Part shown: positions 23,140-36,400 of the stretch, piece by piece | How the letters are laid out: every line of letters starts with the position of its first letter | Numbering within the stretch: position 1 is the first letter of the stretch | DNA from: Azolla caroliniana | Lineage: Eukaryota; Plantae; Polypodiophyta | Direction of reading: 5' to 3' | Assembly (NCBI GenBank): GCA_043228905.1 | Contig: JBHGNT010000020.1 | Span: 13,702,001-13,766,000, forward strand | DNA: 64,000 nucleotides | The notes under the pieces: generated by a model | Seen by the model: the letters and a program-made list of their open reading frames with translations, nothing else | Told to the model about the DNA's origin: nothing | Database searches by the model: none | Position numbers and translations under genes: made by a program

Positions 23140-23580
23140 CATGCCAATCTCTATCTCCACGGCTCTACGGCGATGGCTACAGGAGAAGGGCTTTGAAGGC
23201 TATATCCGGGTAGCAGAAGCTCTACCACACCCCGATGCCCACAAAGTTGCCAAGAAACTTAATGTCGACACAATAACAAACTCCAATATCAGAAAGAAGC
23301 TGGGTTTATCCGGGACTGGTGAACGACACTTCAAAATTCCTCCTGCAGAGGCGCTCGAACAATATTTCAGAGAATATTCAACCTCAATGAAGGCCTACAG
23401 AACATGGGATATCCCGAATCCATTTTTTCAGGAAGTGGCGAAGTTCTTGCTGGAAGTAGGCTACGTACACACCAACGCATACGAGATTCCAAAATAGAAA
23501 GCCGGCATTGTCATCGATACATTCGAGGGACGCTCTGTCAACTGGGGAGTCATTACGGGACCAGCATTGAGGGAGGACCA
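23140..23580 (+). pseudogene. Unassigned ORF remnant, probably a retrotransposon extra ORF
   Basis: MPISISTALRRWLQEKGFEGYIRV...EIPK*KAGIVIDTFEGRSVNWGVITGPALRE stays protein-like across one stop. It is cut at 23581 by a copia-LTR-like fragment. Confidence 0.4.
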
Positions 23581-23636
23581 GTTTCTTGTTTAGGGCTCTC
23601 TCTCTCTTTCTTTCTCTCTCTCTCTCTCTCTCTCAT

Positions 23637-23667
<31 letters not shown>

Positions 23668-23694
23668 GTCCCTTGATTATAATTTACAGGAATC

Positions 23695-23965
23695 GACAAG
23701 GGTTCGGTTTGGGAGTTTCCAGACTTGTACCGAACCAGTTCCTAAACCGGTTAAGGCTAATCGGTTTGGCCAAACCAGTTAAGCCAACAAATATGTTTAG
23801 CCAAGCTAATTAAGCCCTGACCGGTTTGGGCCAAATTGGTACGGTTTAGGTTGAGCCATCCCAAACTGATCTCAAACCGGTTAAGGAAGCTCAACCCTAA
23901 ACTGAACCGAACCGAATTTCCTAACTGTTTAAAAACGGTTTAACAGTTCGGTTTAGGCTTGAGCT
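23695..23965. mobile_element. MITE-like fragment rich in AACCG/CGGTT motifs
   Basis: Dense GGTTCGGTTT, AAACCGGTT and AACCGAACCGAA motifs typical of hAT-type MITE subtermini. Confidence 0.5.
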
Positions 23966-25209
23966 GATTTGTTGCTTATTCCTACTTCGTATTATGCATG
24001 CCTTCATGCCCCCATTCATGCTTGTAAATGTTACTTCTAGATAAACATATTAGGAAGGCTCTACTTCTACTTGCCCTCCTAATAATATGAAGATATCTTG
24101 TCTATGAGATTACAAGGATGTGTTGAAGAGCACGACTTTAGTCTTTCCAAGGTTTTTTCTGAGCCCTTATTCGCATAAAAAACCATATATGCATGAGAGA
24201 ATGATGTTGTAAATAGTCATGAGATTAAAACACCAAGATTATGTCTTCAAGAAGAAAATGGATATATGTACCAAATATATCGATTACCTAACTACCTCTA
24301 TGTGTGATGTAGTCCCCTACCTTGCTGATGTATAGTTCGAGGAGGATAAGGTAGAGTGGATTAGTAACTCTTCAAAACAGTGCTTGTGATTGCCCCTAAT
24401 AACCCTCATAAAGCCTCATGGCAATTCATTCCATAAGTCCCAATATCTCAAGAAGGAAATTGATGTCTAGATTGCATCTAGTTAAGAAAAAGTATTGATG
24501 GCTGATAGTGAGTTCAAAGGTGACGGCATTCCGCGATGTCATTGGATCTAGATGGCAGTCCTTGTTGGACATGAAGACTTTTTGTTTTTGCTAGATCTTT
24601 GACAAAGTTGATGATTTTGCGTAGGGGTGAGGTTCGTAGATGAGAGAGGAGTGCTTGTGATGGTGTGTTGTTGTCAAGGGTTATGGAAAGATGAGTGTGG
24701 TCGGCACCAATTGGGTTGGGTGGGATGGTGATGGTTTGGGTAGTTTCCCTTGTCCCTACGATATAATCATCTAGTATGCTTCCACCACCTTCAAGTCAGA
24801 AGCATTCTCCTGCTCACGGGAGATAGAGGAAGAGAGAGATCTTCATTCGTTTCACATCCATAACCCAACAATACATACCATATATGTTCAGTTGTTTTGC
24901 ATCAAACCCAATGCTACACACCACAGTATATATGTTCATTCGCTTCACACCATACTAACCGGCCATATATAGTTCAAATATATTCGTTTCGTTCATTTGT
25001 TTCGCATCTATACACAATAGTTCAGTTGGTGTTCGATTTCTTTGGTAAAGATTCATCTATTGGTCCAGATATAGAGATAGAGATGACGGCCCCGTTGTGG
25101 AAGCATCCAACGACCTCGAGCAACACACTTACTTGATATATGCTCATTCATTTTGGCATATATATTACCTGATCGGACATATCTAGTGAAGGAGGCCAAA
25201 GTGACAATA

Positions 25210-26195
25210 TGTTAGGAATATGGGATTGAATCGCGATGATTTAAACTTCAAGCACAATTAACAATAGATGAAACCACAATACGAAAATGAAAGTACACCA
25301 AAATTTTAACGTGGAAAACCCAAAATAGAGAAAAACCACAGGAATTATAGGTTCCAAACAACTTTACTATGATCTGAGTACAACGGAATACAACCTCTCT
25401 AGGTTTTCACTAGAGGAATGTATCTACCTCTAGGCGATGGCCTTGGTTACAACCTTCACCAAAGATTACAAACTGAGTACAATTTCTCTACGTTTGGACT
25501 AGAGGAACGTACAAACCTCAAGGCAACAGCCTTGGCAACACAATAGTGAGCACAACTGAGTGGATAAAATAACAAAGATTACAAACAGAGTACAATTTCT
25601 CTATGTTTGGACTAGAGGAACGTACAAACCTCAAGGCAACAACCTTGGCAACACAATAGTGAGCACAACTGAGTACGAACTCTCTAGGTTTTGACTAGAG
25701 AAAATGTACTAGCCTCAAGGCAACTACCTTGGCTACAATCTTCACTTGATCGGGTGGATACAACAACAATAAGCACAACTGAGTGTAGTCTCTCTAGGTT
25801 TTTAACTAGAGGAAATATATTAGCATCAAGGCAACACCTTTGGCTACAATCCTCACCCGATTGGGTGGATAAACCAACAAGAAATTACCTAGATTACAAT
25901 TCCTCACCCTACTAGGTGGATAGAAAAACTATCAAAGATGGAAACAAGAAAAGCACGAAACCAAGAAACCTGATGCAAGTAGACAGGATAGGTGTTGTTC
26001 AACCGTGATTCTCTGATAGCACGAACAACCCCTCACAAGTCTCTGTCTTCGCTTTGGTAGAACATTCTTCCTCTTCCTCTTCGTCTTTCATTTTCTGTTT
26101 TTGCTCTTGGTTTTTCTATTTTTCTATCTGTTTTTTGTTTTTGCTCTATGTGCTCAGAAATTAGGTTACGTGCGGTTTTCTCCTTCTCTTTTTCT
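25210..26195 (-). mobile_element. Copia-type LTR fragment with internal ~114-bp tandem repeats
   Basis: TGTTAGG start on plus strand, TTTAACGTGGAAAACCC..GAAAAACCACAGG motif, and near-identical units at 25461-25561 and 25575-25675 with diverged copies around them. Confidence 0.5.
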
Positions 26196-26308
26196 GTTTT
26201 TCTCCTTGTAGTCCAACGTCTATATACCTGTGTTCACACACACACACACACACACACACAAAAGACACACACCAAGAAAAAACAACATACAAAGAAAAGG
26301 GCATGTAC

Positions 26309-26351
<43 letters not shown>

Positions 26352-26845
26352 TAAACTTTATAATTTTTTTCCTTTTTCGTTTGGCCCTAAGCCGACTCCC
26401 AATCGACTGTATGCTCAACCGACTCTAAATCGACCCTTCGGCACTCAACCGATTCCATGTTGTGGGCTCCACTTGAGTGGATTGGCCCAACATAATATGG
26501 CCTCTATACACACACATACGTTAAAAGCGTAATGGAGAGAAATTAAAATGATCGTGGGGTTGAGATTAGATCTGTGGAGTGTTCGCCCATCCGATGGCTG
26601 ACACGTGACGTGGTATATCAATTGGAACCTAATAATAATAAAATACATAGTTAGAACTTAGAATATTAACACATATTAATCCGCCTCATTTAGTGGGAAG
26701 TAGACAAATAAGTGAAAAATGAAATAAGTTTGCGTGTTTGTGTATGTATATATATTTATATAAGAAATGAGAGGCCCCACTTTCTTCATTCGATTATTCA
26801 AGGAGCAGCAGCAGCAGAAGGAGAAAGTTAGATAAAATCCCAAAA

Positions 26846-28500
26846 ATGGCCGGCTTCGCCCTCGGCCGCTGTGGAGCTGTTGCACTTGTCGCCACATACT
26901 GCATTGTAACCATGATCTTCTCGTCATCCCATATGGCTATGGCTATGGACGGCATAATGGCGGGCCGATACAATAACATGGCCCTTCACCGGCGTCACGG
27001 CCCATCGGAAATGCAGTCCCGTAGTACGGCCGAGGATTGCCACGACCCCTCGCCCGGGCCCATAGGCACGCCATCTATTCCTCGCTTCAGCACTACTCCG
27101 GCCGGCATTAGTCCGATCGAGGCCGAGATCCGGCCGCGCCCGGACATCGTGTTGCCCGATGCCACGGGCCCCGAGCGGCTGGCCGCATTGGCCAAGCACG
27201 ATGCCATGAGGATCGGGGACCTCAACACGAAGATCAACAACGCGATCGTGGTGCGGGAGGCCGGGAACAAGTCGGTGTTCGCGGGCGGGGCGAGCTTCGT
27301 GGTAAACGCAGGCCTCGGTCTCTTCCTAATGGAGGTATACATACATACATATACATATATATATGTACATGCTTCTTTTCCATAGGTTTTCTGCTGTTAG
27401 AAAGAAAGAAAGAAAGAAAGAACTCAAATTATGGTTTTTTTCTGCTGGACATATAGATATCCCTGGGCACCCCTTCATTGAAGCTGCCCATGATAATGGA
27501 CACCGGGAGCCAGCTCGTGTGGACGCAGTGTGCGCCTTGCACCTCCTGTGTGGCCCAGAAGGCCGCCTTGTTCACGCCCTCCGCCTCCTCCAGCTACCGT
27601 ACTCTCCCCTGCTCCACCACCTACTGCCAGAGCCTCTCGGGGAAATGCGGAGCAACCGCCTCGGCCGAATGCATGTACACATACAGCTATGCCAGCCAGG
27701 CCACTACCCAAGGCACACTTGGGACCGATCGCCTCACATTCTCCGATGCCTCCTCCAATGGCGGTGCCGCATCTGCGGTGGACATAGCCTTCGGGTGCGG
27801 GTACTCCAACCAAGGAGACTACGGAGGCGCGGCCGGCCTCGTGGGCATGGGCCAAAGCTCCCTATCCTTACCTTCCCAGCTCGGACTGAGCATTGGGGGC
27901 CGGAAATTCTCCTACTGCCTCCTAGCGCAGCCGTCCACCGCCTCCACCCGATTGGTCATCGGAGGTCCGGCAGGCCAATCGTCCTCGGCCGGGATGAGCT
28001 TCACCCCGATGATCGCCAACCCGTACATTGTCGCATCCCTCTACTACATCAACGTGGTGGGCTTCAGCGTGGCCAACCAACGGCTGAGCCTCCCGGCTGG
28101 GATCTTCGACATAAACCAACAAGGAGCTGGAGGCATGATCTTAGACTCCGGGACTACATACACATACATCCCAAAGGACGCGTTCTCGGTCATCAAGCAA
28201 GCATTCGATTCGGCCATCCGGTTGAGCCCGTACACGGGGCACCCTGTCTTCCCGGCTTGCTACACGTCGGCCTCGGGGGCCTCCGTGCCGCCCCTCACAT
28301 TGCATTTGCAAGGGGTGGACATCGGGGTGCCGGTGCCCAATTACTTCATTCCCGTGGACAGCCAAGGGACCTTTTGCTTGGCGATGATTCCGACCAATTC
28401 CGGAGGCCTTCAGATCGTGGGTAACATGTTGCACCAGAACTTTGAGGTGTTGTATGACCTCGATAATTCTCGCATCGGTTTCCGACCTCAAGGTTGTTGA
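26846..28500 (+). CDS. Nepenthesin-like (A1B, CDR1-type) secreted aspartic protease, 510 aa; exons 26846-27334 and 27457-28500
   Basis: A GT-AG phase-0 intron joins GLFLME to ISLGTPSLKLPMIMDTGSQLVWTQCAPC. Both catalytic motifs (DTGS, DSGTT) are present, with a Cys-rich NAP insert and a hydrophobic N-terminal signal-like segment. Confidence 0.95.
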
Positions 28501-30457
28501 GGTGTTTCCGCCCCATACATTTCTTTCTTGTATTGGTTGGTTGGCTCCATGTGAACAACCCCTTATTGCAACACACACACACACACACAAAACCCCTTAT
28601 TACACACACACCCCATGGTTGTCCATGTGAACCCCCCCCCCCCCCCCCCCATTTTAAAACACTACAAAATATCGTTTATTAATTATTTTCATTGGGTTTT
28701 TTTAAAATAAATATTTGCTTGAATCTCTTCTATGAGGTTCTCGCAATTGTAATCACAATGCCAACTTTAGTTTGATTGTTCATTTCATTGGTTTTATCAT
28801 TATGTGTGTCTTCGATTGTACCAAATCAATGCCCATAGAAACTAGAAACTCGCCTTTGAACATATAGCACAACACTTGATGGATGAAGAGGTTTCTTATT
28901 TGAAATATCATGGATGTGTTTCTTATGAACAAACAACATTATAACATGAGTCTCTATGGCTTTGAGATTGTTGCTCTGTGTTTTGTTGTAAACAATGCGC
29001 CTTTTCTATAAGTGACACTTACAACTACATACATGGACTTTGTTTGCATGTCTCAAATCATGCTTTGTTTTCATGTTGAGGATTGGCTTCCTTGAAGATT
29101 CAAATGATGGTTTTTACATCCTAAATTCACTTGTACATTTTGTCATCCCATAAGTCAGTGTGAGTGTTGTAAGTAACTTTTTTAAAGCCTTGCATTGATT
29201 AAACTAGTTATTTTCCCCCTTATTCAACAATAGTTGCATGCACACATTTTTCAATACATGAAATACCTTTCCGTGTGTATATTTGTGATTTGGAGTCCTA
29301 TTGCAACAGTCATTATAGAAATTGTGATAGTTACATCACTTAGAAGGAGAGAAGCCTTTTTTTGCATATTGAACATAAGAGAAATGGGCATCCATTTCAT
29401 TTGCTCACATTTGTAAATGAGCATCTAGTTATTACATTGTTGGCAATATGCTTTATGCTTTACACAAACTAGTGTTGTTTCATGCATAGCCTACCAGAAC
29501 ATTGGGTATGTAACATAAAATATTTTTTCTCAACTTTTGTACATGAATATGTGTTGATATAGGCTTATTAATATTTTCTTTATTGAATCATTCTTAGTCT
29601 TATAGATTCTCTTAGGGTTTTACCATGGATGTCTTAAGTTAATAAGCATGTCTGGCCCTCAATAGTTTCGACATAATTAAGTTACTACAACTTTGATTGG
29701 CTTTCACATTTTGATTAATGCTTTATAACTAACATTGGAAGTGCTAAGTTTCCATAGCTCAATAAAGAGGGATGGAGTACTTTGACCTTACTCAATTTTT
29801 TTATCTATATCTCGAAGTTACCTATTGCCACATACTATTACTTTGATATGTACCTAGAAGTTACCTATTGCCACATCATAATACTTCAACCATGTTCATA
29901 GTTTTGTTCTTTATGACCTAAAACCTAAGGCATTGCAACTCACACTAAGTTTTTTCTCTCTTTGTGGGTTCCTTGTAGCCATCTTTATCTTCTAATCTTA
30001 TGTGTTCAAACTATCCTTCCAAACACAAGCGTTCAGCCTATCCTTTCATTATCCTCGAACTCATGTTAGTCAGTATTTTTCTTTGTACCCACTAAAAGGT
30101 GTGCATAGGAGATCTACATGTGTGCATACTATGTCCTAGGTTCAAAGCAATAAAGCAAGTTAAATAGACAATAGTTCATCCCATTTTACTCTGTTTTTAG
30201 CATAGCCGACAGTTAGCATAATGTTCATGATAATTGGGCCCAAAGTATTGTTTGGATATTGAATTAGCTAGTTTAGTTTTTCTTTACTTTGGATCAAAAC
30301 TAACGAATGTCCTACAATTATCTTTTAACATGAACAAGGAAGTCTAGAAATCATACTAGTACACAAAAGATTGATTCACTTGTGAATAAATGATATTTAC
30401 ATTTCAGATGTGGATATAATGTCTCAAGTTCAATTGAACCTTACAAATTTTCTTCCC

Positions 30458-33400
30458 TCATATTTTATCAATCACCTCTGACTCCGAAAGCCTTAGACTA
30501 CTAGATGAACTATGATGCCCAAATTCAATTACCATTGGTTTTCCTTTGAGCATGTAGCCATTTAACAACTGAAGAGCTTTTGATGACGTTTCCGTATCTG
30601 TAGATTTGCAAGATATCATATTAAAAAGTGGCGAAAAAAGACAACTTTCTTCTATGGCACAAATGTAATATTCAAATCCAGAATCAATAATGAGACAAGA
30701 CATTGACACAATCCCCACCAGAGAAGGTAATAAATGCTTGTCCTTTCATGCGACCCCGTTTCATAAGCCGAAAAAGAAGTGGCTGTTTTTGCAATTTCTG
30801 GTACCTCGCAAACAATGCAACAAGATCTTCCTCCGTAACATCTTTTGAAAGGTTCTTGATGTAAATAACCTACCAATACACCATGTTGATAATCAAAGTC
30901 GACAATTGAGTGAGAAGAGCAGAGTAAAAAGACTTTCTTCCAAAAACCACTTTCCCTCCCAGAAGTAATTCATTTCATTCTAACCTATTTTAATTAATCT
31001 CTTTCTTATCCTCTCACTCCAACTACTACTTCCACACTTCTCCAACTCAATGAACCCTCTCTAATGAGTAAGATAGAGATTGCAGCGTTTTATACAAACT
31101 AATACTTCTATGTATTAGATATCACTTGGATATTGTTCTCTTGCAAACACTATTTATAATAGTTTAATAGTGACGCTCTGCTTTTTCAACAAATTATTCA
31201 CACCTTTCGCCTATGGGTTCACTATGTCCACACTATGCTTAAACATCGTATTTCATAAACAGTAAGTTCAATTCGATATCCTTACAACCTATCTGCTAAC
31301 AGTTATGTTATACAGTACTTCTATGCATCAGATACTGCTAGTTGTTCACCTCTTCAATGTTCCGATCCTATATCAATTCACAATGCCCACATTTCATGCT
31401 TCACATGAAAATTCTATTCTTGTACATCATATTTGCTAGCAGTTAATTCAACTATAAGACTTCAAGACATAAGGCCGTTTAGCATAAACGTGATACAGAA
31501 CATAAATAAGTACCTGTGAAGGATTTCCCGGCATGTACTTTGAAAATTTGCCGGAAGGAAGATGTCGGATCTCATCTGCCGATAATCGATGTCGAAGGAT
31601 TTCTTCTTCTGGGATCTCCTCTAATGGGTTTGGGCACACGGTTTGTACTTGTACGTCAGAAACAGAGGATCTGGACTCACATCCAGTAACATCTATCATG
31701 GTATGAGTAGGAGAAACTGCCTTAGGTCTTTGATTCAATAGGTAAGAATGCAAGTCAAGAACCTGTGGTGCCCGCTCTGAGAACACCTCTTGTGCAGGTC
31801 TTGCGTCGTGTTTCTCCATACTTGCTCTAGCACGATCCTGTAATCATACATATTGAATAGTTTGTATGTAAAAAATAAAAGCTGATGCCATCATTGATAT
31901 CTAATTATCTTATAAATTCAAAGTATGCAAGGAAGAATAAACATTTTTTTCTATAATCTTATATATACCTCTGGTGTCAAGCCAATAAGACCATTAATTT
32001 CACATGTCAACCCGGTCAGTGCCTTGCGAGAAGCAGGGCCTAAAAAACATACACCATGTATCATGTCTTGGTAGCATAACGTTGGCAAAACAAAGGAAAA
32101 TTTGAAGTAACACATAGTTAGCATCTGAAAATTCTGAGGACAACCTGAAACAAGTCTGGTCATTATAATGTAGTCCACACTATATACATATATAGATGCA
32201 CAATTGATGGAGAACATTAGCTATTCATTTACATAGAGAAAACCAGAAAAAGATTCTGTATGTAAAAAAATATTCAAGGTTACTAGAATCTGATGTAAAA
32301 CCACACCAAGGGAACAGGTTTGGAGCTAGATCAGTGTTTTCCTAAACAAGGATGTGATGACTCTTCTCCTCATTCATATAATTTACAGCACAACACATCT
32401 CTCTTAAAGATTGTCAATGGAATTGTATCCCATGGCTGCAAAATCAAATGGTTTGTAGAATTGAAATGAATGGAGGACTGGACGACTGCACTCAAAAGGG
32501 GTTTTCACTGCTCCCTCAATATGAAACCTGGAACACCTGCTGAGTGAATGTTTATTAGGGCGCCCCTCCCAAAGTTTTTACGGGGAGGATAGTTTGGGTC
32601 ACTTGGCAACTTTGAAATGCCCATGATTTATTTGGGAAAAACTGGGCCTTTTGGAGTGTTTCCATTTATATTCTGTCCTTTGTAGTTTGGCACTGGCACT
32701 CTTTTGTATCATAATGTTTTAAATATACAATTATTAATCAGACATATTTTGTGTGAGTAAACTGACTTACATGCGGGATATTTACAAACTATCTCTATCA
32801 GTTGATAATCAATTGGTCTGTTAAGTTCTATATTTCTGTGATGTCATGCTATGATTTGCTGAAAGCAAAGAAGCTCAAATGTTACCCCATATAATGAATC
32901 AATTTTTTCTTCAAGATAAAAAGAAAAGAAGAGGCATTTTTCATACAGTTACAGACAGAAAAAGACAAAGGAAAGAAAATATGGATAGCCAAGGAACAAG
33001 GTATTACAGAAGGCTTACAACCTCCTTTCGATGTATGACCAATTGGTTGCTTATTTCTGCTTCTAAGAACATAGCCTTCAGTATTTTTAGGATTCAGCCC
33101 CAATCTTGTTTCATTTGCATCATGATCTTCTGATATAGCCTCGTTTGCTTCAGCATTTGAAATGAACAAGGGATCAGCTCCATATCTCTTTCTTTTCGTA
33201 ACCTAGTAATATAAGTAAACTTATTTTTGAGTAATACGAAAAAAACTTTAGATTTGACATCCTCATCACCTCATACCATCATTATGATTCATCCAATCGA
33301 TAAATGGTTGCCAAATGTGGAAGTTTAGAGTTCCTCTATAGCACACTGATGACACATACATTTGCACATACAATTACACGTTTAGAACCTGCCACCGCTA

Positions 33401-36400
33401 TTAGCCAAATCAGGGCTCCGCTACAACTCCAACTCAAAAACACCCCACATCATGAATCTCTGGATGAGATGTGGTTCACCACACCTCTGGCACCAAGTTA
33501 CAAGCCCACTGCATGTCACACATTGGAACAACACATAAGTTTACTGGAGAAGTTTGATGGCATGCAGGCCAATTCACAGCTTCATCAACCACATTTATCT
33601 CATCATTTGGCTTCAACTTTGGCAATATTCTGATGATTTCAAATGAGTCCGGTGCAAAAATAGTTAACTCTATTTGTGGAGACATCTTTTCCTGTCCTTG
33701 AAAAGATCCCTGCTTTCGTCATGGAGTTTGAGCTACGTTCAGTGAGTTTGACTAGCATCACAACTAAATCACCAAACTTCATAATTTACAACAAAGCTTA
33801 CAGGCAGCTTCGATACAGGCATCAGAGTCTGACAACTTGCATGTGACGTCAACTGGGACAAACAAGCTCGTGTCAACCAATTCCATCATGACCTCCAGTG
33901 AGATGCAAAAGATCTATTGCTTAACCTCAATGAACCGGCCAGCCACGAGGCAATCACCGCATTGGTTCGATGTGATAACTGACTGTTTGAATTCCACCAT
34001 GAATGGCATGTTACCTGGTCATAGTAACTTTGGGTGGCATCTTCAACCCCCTCCATCCCACTTGAATACCTGATGACCTGATGGAGGTGGATCAGATGCA
34101 TTTCAAACCCTTCCAGAATAGAGAGGCAATACTGTCAAGCGAAAAATCTTTGTCTCTTTAATGGCACACATGGTCTATTTATTGCCCATGAAGGGGGTAT
34201 AGGAGACCATCAGCAGGTGGCTCTGGTGAATGTCAGTGATCAGTCAAGAAATGACAGTATGTGGCTGCAGTAGGAGTCCTGGATCTGGCAATCATGCATC
34301 AAAATCATTCTGGAGGTTCCAGTTCAGCATCCAGTCCTACTCCAATCAGCATCCACATGCTTCACCATCCGTGTACATGTGGATAACGGCTCTAGAGACC
34401 CCCAAACTGTGGGTCTAATTGACCCGGGGGATATTGTGTTCATCAACATCATCTCCGCTAACCAATAAAGCATTCCAGTTGTAAAAATACTGTCCCCATC
34501 CCAATTGAGGTAATTGACATTCGTTCACTCTTCTTGAGCACCATCACACATGAGACAATCCCTGTTATTCTCCTTGTCGGCTCTTACTAAGAGGAAATCA
34601 TCCTCAACCTCTCATTTCATCCACTTGACATTCCATCATCCTTTGTTTACCATGGCTCTAATCCCATAATCCAAGTGTGGATTGGTGGGCTCGCTCCATC
34701 AGTTTGTCAAGAGCATTGCCAACCCTAGACACCTATCTTTACAAGTCCACTTTGAGTCTCCAATTTCCTTTTAAGTCCCCTCCTGTCACTACACAGAAAA
34801 CTCTCTTTGCCTCCACTTCTGTTTTTTCCAAGCCCGTATTGGGCTAATGCGCCAGTTTTAGCAGGCCCTACCTGGGCGGCTTCTCTCTTCTTTCCTACCT
34901 CATTGAAACCTCTCCAACACAGCGTTGTCTATCATTCCAGTTCCTGCTAATTGACTGACCTAAATCACCTCCAACCCACACCTATCTTTATGAGTCCACT
35001 TCGAGTCTCCAGTTTCATTTCGAGACCCCCTCCTGTCACTACACAGGAAACTCTCTCTGATTCCATTTCTGTTTTCTTCAAGCACGTTTTGGACCGATGC
35101 GCCAGTTTTGGCAGGCCCTACTTGGGCCGCTTCTCTCTTCTTTCCTACCTAATCGAAACCTCTCCCACCCAACACATCTATCATTCCAGCTCCTACTAAT
35201 TGACTGACCTGAGGCACCTCCAACCTTCACAATTCTACGGCGTCGACTCATGCCCCACCACTCTAAAGACACCACCATGCCAACCTCACTCCCCTTGAAA
35301 TATTGCGATTTCACCAACACCTTCAAAAAGATTCGGAAAGAAGAATGTTGATCATCTACCAGAACATCGGCCTTATGACTGTCCCATTGATCTCTGAGAA
35401 GGCACTTCACCTCTGTTCAGCCTGACCTACAATTCACTGAGCCTAACCTTGAGGCCCTTTGCATTTACATCAATGAGAATCTGGGAAAAGGCTTCACCTG
35501 CTGTTTCAAAGTAAGGCTTCATTGTGGCTCCAAGTCTCCTGCTTGGACACCCATTTTACTCTTCAAGAAGAAAGATGGTTCTTAGTAGCTTTGTGCTGAT
35601 TAATGGGGGCTGGACCATCAGGACCTGGTATCCCTTACCTTTGACCAGTGACATTCATAACTGCCTACAACATAGAGAATCTTCTCAGAGATAGATTATA
35701 TCAGGCCCAGCAATGAGTGGAAAATGCTGTTTTGAACACGCTATGGACATTTGAAATATACCATAATGGCCTTTGGACTTATTAATCCCTCTGCCTTTTT
35801 TCAGCATATTATGAACAATGTCTTCTGAGAGTATATGGATCATTTTGTCATGGTGTACCTAGAAGACATTTTGATCTTTTCAAAGGATCTACCTGAGCAC
35901 ACCCAACATGTTCACTTGGTTCTCTCCACGCTCCACAAACATGGGATCTATGCTAAATTCAAGAAGTGTGAGTTTGATCGCACCACAGAGGAGAGTTTCG
36001 TTCTCTCCAAGCACCACAAACATGAGCTTTATGCTGAATTCGACAAGTGTGACTTTGATCGTACCTAGGTTGGCTGTAACTTGCTTTAAGGATGTTTAAT
36101 CCTTCCTCGTTTTTGCTAACTTCTACCGTTGATTTATCCAGAACTTTTCAACACTCATGCAACCACTCAAAGCCCTTGCATGCAAAAATCAACCTTTCCT
36201 TTAAACCCCAAACATGGCACCACAATGGCTGCTATCTTTGTCCACCCTAACCTGACCCTTCATTGTCAAAGTCAATGCATTTAACCTTGCCATCAATGCT
36301 ATCCTGTCCCAACTGGAAAACCAAGGTCTCCTACACCTTGCCCCATATTATTCTCGGAAATTCACACCTCCAGAAATCAGCTATTTTAATATATGATAAG

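Noticed and set aside
27363-28424. 353-aa ORF overlapping the protease, and the equivalent 112-717 ORF
   Set aside because: Alternative-frame shadow of a GC-rich coding sequence; the protease frame carries all the family motifs.
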